A stretch of DNA of 64,000 nt from Chiloscyllium plagiosum (Eukaryota), in the NCBI RefSeq assembly GCF_004010195.1, contig NC_057749.1, positions 16,018,854 through 16,082,853 on the forward strand, in the 5' to 3' direction. Within the stretch, counting starts at the first letter, position 1. Each line of letters begins with the position of its first letter. Positions 49,601-58,600 of this stretch are shown in pieces. The notes beneath the pieces were generated by a model, which saw only the letters and a list, made by a program, of their open reading frames with translations, was not told where the DNA came from and did no database searches. The position numbers and the translations under genes were made by a program.

Positions 49601-52600
49601 AAAAACTGTCATTATCTGTGTATTGGGTGTCAAGAGCGGGGGAAACAACTTTGGAAATAGAAGATAGAAAAATTAAAAAGGAGACTTGGAAGGCAGAGGA
49701 AACAGAAGCTATCAGCAAATTAGGTTGTAGTTCAAAACAATTTGCAAAAGAAAGCCTAAAGGTAATATATCCAAATGTACAGAGCTTTCACAATAAGATT
49801 TATGAATTAACAGTACAAATAGTTGTAAAAAGATACAATGTGGTGTTTATAGTGTGACTGTACATCCAAGAGTATTCAATCATTAGAAAAATATTCAAAA
49901 AAGGAAACAAAAAAAAAACAAGAGGTGAAGATGGGCATTGCTATTGAAGTATTACATATCACTGCAATAATGAGAAAGTATATTGGCATAGGAAATCTAG
50001 ATGTGGCATCAGTCAGGGTGGAGCTAAAAAACAACAAGGGGCAGAAAACATTAGTGGGAGATGTCTACAGACTTCCAAACAGTAATCATGGCAACAAGGG
50101 TGCTTTGGTAATTCCAGGTGACATAAATTTATTTGCAAATTGGACAAATCACATTAGTAACAACACTGTGGCAGAGAATTCTTGAAATGTATATCAGATG
50201 TGTGTGTTTTAGACAAATGCATTGAGATACCAAGAAGTAGTCTAATCCAAAGCTAGGGTCATAACTCTCAACAAAGGTATGAGGAGTGAATTGGCTGCAA
50301 TGTACTGGGCAACTTCATTAAACGGCATGTGTGTGGATAGGCAACAGTTAACATTTAAGGAACAACTGCATGCATTGCAATTGAAAGGATACAATTGGAA
50401 AAGCAGCCAAAATCAAAGAGAGGTCACAAAGTTGCTAGAAAAATCCACAAATTTGGGGACAGGGATAGTTTAGAATTCAGCAAAGGGGGAACCAAAAGGT
50501 TCACCAAGGAGGGAAAATTAAAGTACAAAAGTAAACTTGCAAAGGTTTTAAGTATGTAAAAACTACTTCAGTTCTGTCTTCAAAGAATAAAGTTCAAAAA
50601 ATCTTCCCAGATATGCTAGAGAAGCAAAGGTTTATTGAAAAAGAGGAGTTGAAAGGGACTACCATAAGCTAAACTAAAGCGTTGAAGAAACGAATGTGAG
50701 TAAAAGCCGGCAATCCCTATAGCCTGATAATCGACACACTGGAATGTTAAGAAGGAGGTGGCTATAAAAATAGTTTGTTGTTATTTTGCAAAATTTTGTA
50801 GATTCTGAAACAGACCTGACAGATTAGAGGATGGCAAATGTCATCACATTATTTAACAAAAAGGAAAGGAAAAAAAAAACAGGAATTACTGAGTGGTTAG
50901 GCTAACATCAGCAGAAGAGGCTGATTGGTCCACTCCTGCTCCTAACATTCTTGTATGTTCCACATCTAAACAACTGGTCGCATGAAAATAACTATTACCT
51001 CATTCTTTTGCCAATCAATATCAGTACACTGGTTAGTGAGCCTCCTGCCACTGAAAGCAGCTTCTTATCTACTCTATCAAAGTCATTCATGATTTGTATA
51101 ACTGAAGTCTCTCATCTCTGGTACCATTTTCATTAAATATACTTCATTCTGAAAATCAGCAAATTAAGCAAAAGTTTAAACTGACATTTGACCTCAGTTT
51201 TTTTTCTGACCAGAAATCTCTCTCTGCTGAGAGTTTTGACTTACATAGTTCCTGAAGTGGTTGGAACAATTGGAATATCTTCAGCTTCTGTGGGTATGGA
51301 CCATGGTATCTGCAGCTGAGGGGCGAGTTCCCGCATAATTATATTACTGCGGAGAAAGACAAATTCCATTCAAACTAACTTCTTCCATACAGTAATACAA
51401 CACACAGAATATTTAAATTCTTAAACAGGTTGTGTTGAAAAGATACACACAGGTCTCAATCAACTGAAAGATAGAGAAAAACAGGTTAAGATGGTGAAAA
51501 CAGATCCTCAGAAAGAATCAGAAATGATGAGAAATATTTTCAGACACTGATGGACTTGTGCATTTCCAATTTTGCTTATTGCCTTTCTGTGAATTCTCCC
51601 CCTGTTAATACTGATGACTGCTCCAGTCCTGCAATGCTATCCATGCACATTAGCACAAGATAGCTGAAAATCAAAAAATAGAGAAATTAAACAGTTGGCT
51701 CATATTAAAAGACACTCAGACAGCAGAGTGAGTTGATTTGATCTCCAAGTTTAAACAATGTGAATTATTCTGTATGGAATTCAAATCCTGGAGCATTCAA
51801 GGAAACTAATCATGAACTCATGCTCTTTCTGATTTTTAATTAGTTTACTCATTATTTTAAGTAGCCAAGTAAATAATATTCTTTTAAGCATACAGATATT
51901 ATGGCTTAATATCTTCAGAAATATAAAAAAATTGTATGCATCAGACAAAAGAGGTTACAGATCTAAGACGTTAGACCAAACATGATGAATGACAAAGTTG
52001 AGTACTGTCAATTAATCATATTTCCTCCTATAAGTTCTAACATACAGTTTCTATGTATTTAAAGGCTTGTGTCTATAAATTTGTACCTCAATATTGCATT
52101 GCGTTGAACCTTCAAACTAATTTGTTGATCCTTATTTAGGGACATTTGTGCCAGACCTAATTACTAGTCAAGGGTCTAGATTAGAGTGGTGCTGGAAAAG
52201 CACAGCAGGTCAGGCAAAATCGACGTTTTGGAGTTCCTGAAGGGCTTTTGCCTGAAACGTCGATTTTCCTGCTCCTCGGATGCTGCCTGACCTGCTGTGC
52301 TTTTCCAGCACCACTCCAATCTAGACTCTGGTTTCCAGCATCTGCAGTCCTTGTTTTTACCTAATTACTAGTCAATACTTACTATTAGACACAATTGGTT
52401 AGACTGTAACATTGGTCCATGTTAACTGCGGACGTTATGATTCATATAACATATGGGAAGCGATTTCTCATTTGCAATATATGTACTCTCAACTTTCTAT
52501 TTTAATTTTTCTTCTTTTAATTAAAACTTTCTTCCATTTTCCAGGTCACAGACTACTGAGCACAGCCAAGGCCACAACCTGCTACTTTCCAGGCAATTTC

Positions 52601-55600
52601 AGACTTGACATTTAGTCCACTTGACATTTCTCTGCTTCGCCCAATCTCACCATGTAGCCATACTGGCATCATCTCTGCCATACCTCCACTCCACAATCCA
52701 TTGACAGATAGTAAAACCAGGATGATTCTTTCAGGATAAATGTCACACTTCTACATTTTAAAAATATGCCCTTTGATACCGAATGGTGTTCAAAAGTAGA
52801 CTTATCTGATGTGTACCCTAGGATTTTTGCACAGTCGTCATAGTATTTCATGGAGTTTTTCACAAAGCTGAATCCATTGACGTCACAAACGTAGGAATGC
52901 CCATTCGCACGCAGCAGATCAAAACCACATACTGTTTGCTACATAAAACAAAATGTGCACAAATCAAATCAACACTGCCTGCTCTGCATCAGTAGAAATC
53001 TAACAAGCATGTACTCCCAATAAAAATCAAAAACTCATTCAACTAGATGAAACAAAGTTTTATTTTACAAAATGATCTCTTTTCCTCTCCCTATGACCCA
53101 AAGGTGCTTGTGCCTTTCTGGAATCTACAGATTATGGGTGACAGTTGCACTTCAATCCCTCTTCTAATTGTGCGGCTGGCTTTTGAGCTGCAGATGTCTT
53201 GCAAATGGCATCTTCCCCATGACTAACACAGCCACAATATCCAGCAAGACTGACTGGCTGATTACCAGGAGTAGGAACGCTGGCTGATATCCTTCACATT
53301 GCCACAGGGCACAAAGGAAAATCTGCATGTTTCCCAATTAGAAAGATTTTGTAAAGGGCTTCATTAGGTGATGGAGAAAAAGGTGACCAATAAACAGAAA
53401 GAGGGAAGGCTAACAAGTGTGCAATAGTGAGGTCAGAGGATTCTTGTGAAGCATCTGAAAGCCAAAAGAAATAATGCATATTGTACTAACGTGGACGATT
53501 TTGAAAATTCATTAACATTTCAATAACAAAAGCCATGTTTCAAAACATTATTGAAGTTTATTCTACTTTATTATTCTAAACATAGCCGCATGCATATTTT
53601 GGATAACTGATTGGATGCTTCTTCGTTTTTGAGGATTTATAGCCTACCTTAAAAGCTACGCATACTTTCCTCGCAACTAGTTTTTCCATGGCAGTTAACA
53701 TCACAGGATAACGTATCTCTTTTCCTTCACTGTCACGTTCCACTTTCCCATCCAGAGCTGGTGATTTGCGTGCCTCTGCATGTGCATAGTCAGGACCAAC
53801 AGTGTAAACCTGAAGTAAGAACAGTTCAAAGTTCAAAGTTCATTTTGGACTTGCCTGCATGGCAGAAAAACTCACTCATTTTCCTTCAACCCCTGCCTGT
53901 TCACCAATGGCTATCAGGTTACATTAAACATAGACTTCTCCAATAATAAGGAAAAATTAGACAAGCTGGGAGTACAGGCTAGCCGTTCCAGGCACAAAAA
54001 TAATGGCTAATCCTAAGATATGTACAGACAAACCCAGGTGGCCTAGAAGCCTTAGTCCAGAAACATGTCTGGATCCCAACCCTACAATAGCTGAAAGTGG
54101 AGCTCAGCAGAAAGATCAAATGGCTGATTAGCATTTTGTATTTAATGTTAATTACATTTTCATGCAGAAACTGCATTCAGAAATGTTGTGTTACACGCTA
54201 TTTCACATGATACTTAACCAAGAACACAAGATGTACAATCTGAATATGACTGCATGGTGCTTTAGTCATATCTCAGCAGACTGTTAATCATATCTGCTCC
54301 AATGGCCTGACTGGGATGTTGTCGTTTTCCTCCTGGGTGGGGCAAGTAGTGTCCTTTCCCAACTCAATGCAGAGATCAGCTTTTGGGCAGGCCCAGCCTG
54401 ACTCATATGCTTCCTCAAAGTCATAGTACCCACTGCTTTCACTGGATGCATTTCAGGGCACTTCATAGAGTTGAAGGCATTGGAGGGCTTTGTAATGAGA
54501 ATACATTACAACACAGAATTGAGTTACACATCTAATAAGATCAAATACTACAAACAAATCTTTTTACTCTTTAAAAATGTGGATATACTTTTGATAAACT
54601 AGACTTCTGTGGACTTTCCTTCCTTTGAGCAATACAAAATTAGAAATTTATAAAAGCAGGAATAGCACCTTTACGTCTGTTCCATCTGTTGGCATAAACT
54701 CTTCATAGATGTAAGATCCAGTTTTACGCACAGTGCTTTCAGGGGAGTAAACGCTGCTCCGACTTCCAATCTGAAAGAGTTGATAAGTCACAGTATGAAG
54801 TAACACAACACTGCAGTCTAGAATGCTCTACCTGTGCCCAAAATAAAATATGCAGGGACAAAGTGGAGCCATATATCATAACTATTCTGATGTGGATTTC
54901 CAGACAGGCCATCTCAGAGGGATAAACAAATACTTCACAGAAAACAAATAATTTATGTAGAACAAGACTTTCAGGCATAGCAAGACTAAATGTTTTCAAA
55001 GTCAGATTTAGAGCAATTGCCTGGAAAGATGCTGGAGTGGCAGTAATAGCATTCCAGAACAATGCATCTAAAATGGGTTCAGGACATTTGGTCATCAAAC
55101 TTAACTCATTGTCTCGAATTTTATACTTTTATTTCAGAGTTTTCAGAATTTTTACTTTTATCTCCAGTACAATAAATGTCTCAGTACTATGGCTTTACAT
55201 ATTCTAAATCATTAATTAGATCAAATCAGAGAAAGATAGCCAGCATTTGAATACTTCTTAAAGGTCTTTCTCCTCCATTAAAATTTGAATTATAGAATCA
55301 TAGATTAATTCTAGCATGAAGGAGGCCATTCAGCCTGTCAAAGCTATAACAACCTTTCTGTGAGAACAACTGTTAGTCCCATTCTTCTACCCCTTCATGT
55401 TAACATTACTTTTCTTTGCAAAATCACCTTAAATTGCACTCTCTGGCTCCCGCTTTGCCTATCGTTCACATCTGCAGTCATAACTATTGCTAAGACCTCT
55501 TCCTATTTTGAACACTTCTATCCAACCTGTTCTCAATCTTTACTTCTCTAAGGAAGACAACTCCAGCTTCTTCAATCTCTCTTCCTAACTGAAGCCCCTC

Positions 55601-58600
55601 ATGCCTAGAATCACTAAAATATTTTCTGTATTTTTTTAATGCCTTTCCAACCTTGCTTAAATCTTGTGTGCAAATTTATCACAATACTCCAGTTGAGGCC
55701 AAACTGGTGTTTAATAAAGATTCACCATAAATTAACACAAATAATACACTAGCCAGCAAAGGAAATTAGAGACAGTGTTTGCTTCAGTGAAACAATTGGG
55801 GGTATTGATCTGATCATAGTCAAGTACAAGATCTTCCCCAAAATATATCATGGTCAAAATTCTCCCTCAAAATCCTCTTTTTTTTAAAATGTTATGTTGT
55901 CCTTGTGTAGGAGCCATGCTAATCTTCTCTTCGCCATTCCAATTTTACTATTTCTCAGTTTCTTCCTTCCAGAAGTGTCATATTTCTGTTACAATGCTTT
56001 AATTTCAAGGTAGACAGCATCTCAGTTTAAATGTCTCACCTAAAGAACAGTACCTCTGACTCTCCTAGTTGCTGCACTGGAGTCAGCCCAAACTGTGCTT
56101 CAAGCTAGATGGGGTTTGACCCCTTCACTTTTAATCTCAGTGACAGCAGTGCTATTTTCTGAACACCACCAATGTGGCAGATGTGCATTAACTATAAATG
56201 TTATCACAGTAGGAATGTTGGAAGGAGTAGCAGGCTCAACAAGAATTTTCAAAAGGAAATCGGATACATAGTTAAAAAGAAGAAAACTTTATGGCTTTGG
56301 AAAACGAGCAGGGTTGTCAGACTAATTGGATTGTTCTTTCAAAGTGAATTATGACTCAATGATTACACCATTTACTGTTGCATACTACTGTACCTTACGG
56401 AACAACCTCTGGCTCCCTCCCCCTGCCGACACAGGGTAGTAAATATACACATTATGGTCTTCCGCACTCACGGGTTTCTCAACAAAGGGTTTCTGGAAGA
56501 TTTCACCATTTACTTCCACATGATCATCACCTTCCACCAGACTGCATTCTGCAAATGAAGAAACAGAAAAATGTTTGACTCTTGCACAAGCTTCACCTGC
56601 GCAGCAACGCAGTTTTTAAATCTATTCATATACAAAACTACCAGCTGATGGCTCAATATTACTCCAGGCAGTGCCTTTACCCACCTGGAAGCTATGTTCT
56701 CATTTTAATACTGTTTATCCTCTTTACCCTATTTTAACAATGTGATGAAAGGTATGAATTATATATTTTAATATAATTTATGAGTTTGGATTTCAAACTA
56801 GGGGCATATAGGCATTGGGCGAAAGTGAGAACTGCAGATGCTGGAGATTAGATTCGAGAGTGTGGTGCTGGAAAAGCACAGTAGATCAGGGAGCATCTGA
56901 GGAGCAGGAGAGTCGACTTTTCAGGCAAAAACCCTTCAGGAAGGAAGCCCTGATGAAAGGCTTTTGCCCAAATCTTCGACTCTCATGCTTCTCGGATGCT
57001 GCCTGACCTGCTGTGCTTTTCCAGCACCACACTTTCACATATAGGTTTTTTTTTGAGAAGGGGATTTAAAAATTTATAGGAACTAGTCTTTCTTGAACCA
57101 TGACTTTAAAACTAATATGCATCAGACAGCAGGTAACTGCAAGGATGCCTTGAGTGTTAATATTTGTTTATATTGTGAGCATATGTGACAAGAAAACATT
57201 AAACCACTGGCCTGAATCTAGGATGAAAGTATAGTTGAAAACCAACTGGGTTCAGTTAGGAGACCTGACTAGGTCAGAAACAAGCATAGGAAAGGAAATT
57301 TCCTTTGACAAAGGGAATTGTTTACAGCAGTTAAAGGAATAAGTGGATGCGCATAGTTTATAAAACTTCAAAATTATGAGCATTTGCTTAGAATTCTGCT
57401 GAATGCTAAAAGACAGAGAAAGTCTAAGCTCTCAGTTGAGAGAGCTCACAGGTCGGAAACTGAACAGTTATGTCAAACCTACAGAGTGAACAAGGAAGTA
57501 AAACTTGTGTTTTGAATCTTTCAGATGGTATAAGACAGATTGGTTTGATTGATTTTTGTTTCTTCTGATGTAATAAACTATTTCATTGTTAAAACCAAAT
57601 CTGTAGCCTTGCGTGCTTTCAGTGAAAGACTGCCCCATTAAATTTTGAAAAATGATCTGTCAAGCTAGATTTTATTCTGGGATCTGACTTGCCTAGTAGT
57701 AACATCAGCTGCGATAATAACAAGAACAATGATGATAATAGCAAGAAAAATCCGGGGATTCTTTTAAAATTACAAATCGTGCAATATCCTCAATCTCATA
57801 CTGCACAGAGCAGATACTGCTAACAAGTATGTAGAATGCATATCATGGAAATAACCATGTAGTTTAACTGGTCTATGACATGTTAATGCTTCACTCAAAC
57901 ATCTCTCAACTCTCTTCACCTAACCCTACCAGCATCTCCTTCTTCCCCACATATTAAATTCCTCTTAAATATGGTGGTACTTTTTGCCTCAAGTATTTAT
58001 TGTGATAGCAAGTTCAACATTCTCACCATTTTCTGGTTAAAGAATTTAAGAGAAACTTCCTGATTGGATTTGTTAGATGACTGAACAACATTTAAAAATT
58101 ATTAAAACTTCACTTCAAACTACACGTTAAATTCCAAGCAAATTTGAGTCTTTCAAAATAATCTGAATGGACCACATTCTGGAATAATACTTCTTTTTTT
58201 GTGCATCAAGTTACTGGCAGCAGTGAGTTAAAACAAAACTGGTGCAGCAAATATTTAGATGCAAACAGTTTTTAAAGCCATAATGCAGATTTTGCTTCTC
58301 CCATATTACTGTATACAGAAAATGCTTTGGTAAAGTCCAATACTTAAAAATTCTACATTAAGCCATTTCCTTGGTGAAATGAAAAAAGTAACTTGTACAG
58401 GATGAACTGGGCCTCAAACCTTGTGAAAATAGACAATTTCAAAAACCAGTCCTAATTTTCACTGCGTAAAGAGAATCTGCAGAAAAAGCACCACTAACCA
58501 TCAGGCCGGTCTGGATCACGATTCAACACTGCGTATCGGGGAAGGTCTATCCCTTCTTGTTGTAAAATTCGATAGACTTCTCTCCTGCAGAGTAAAAGAT

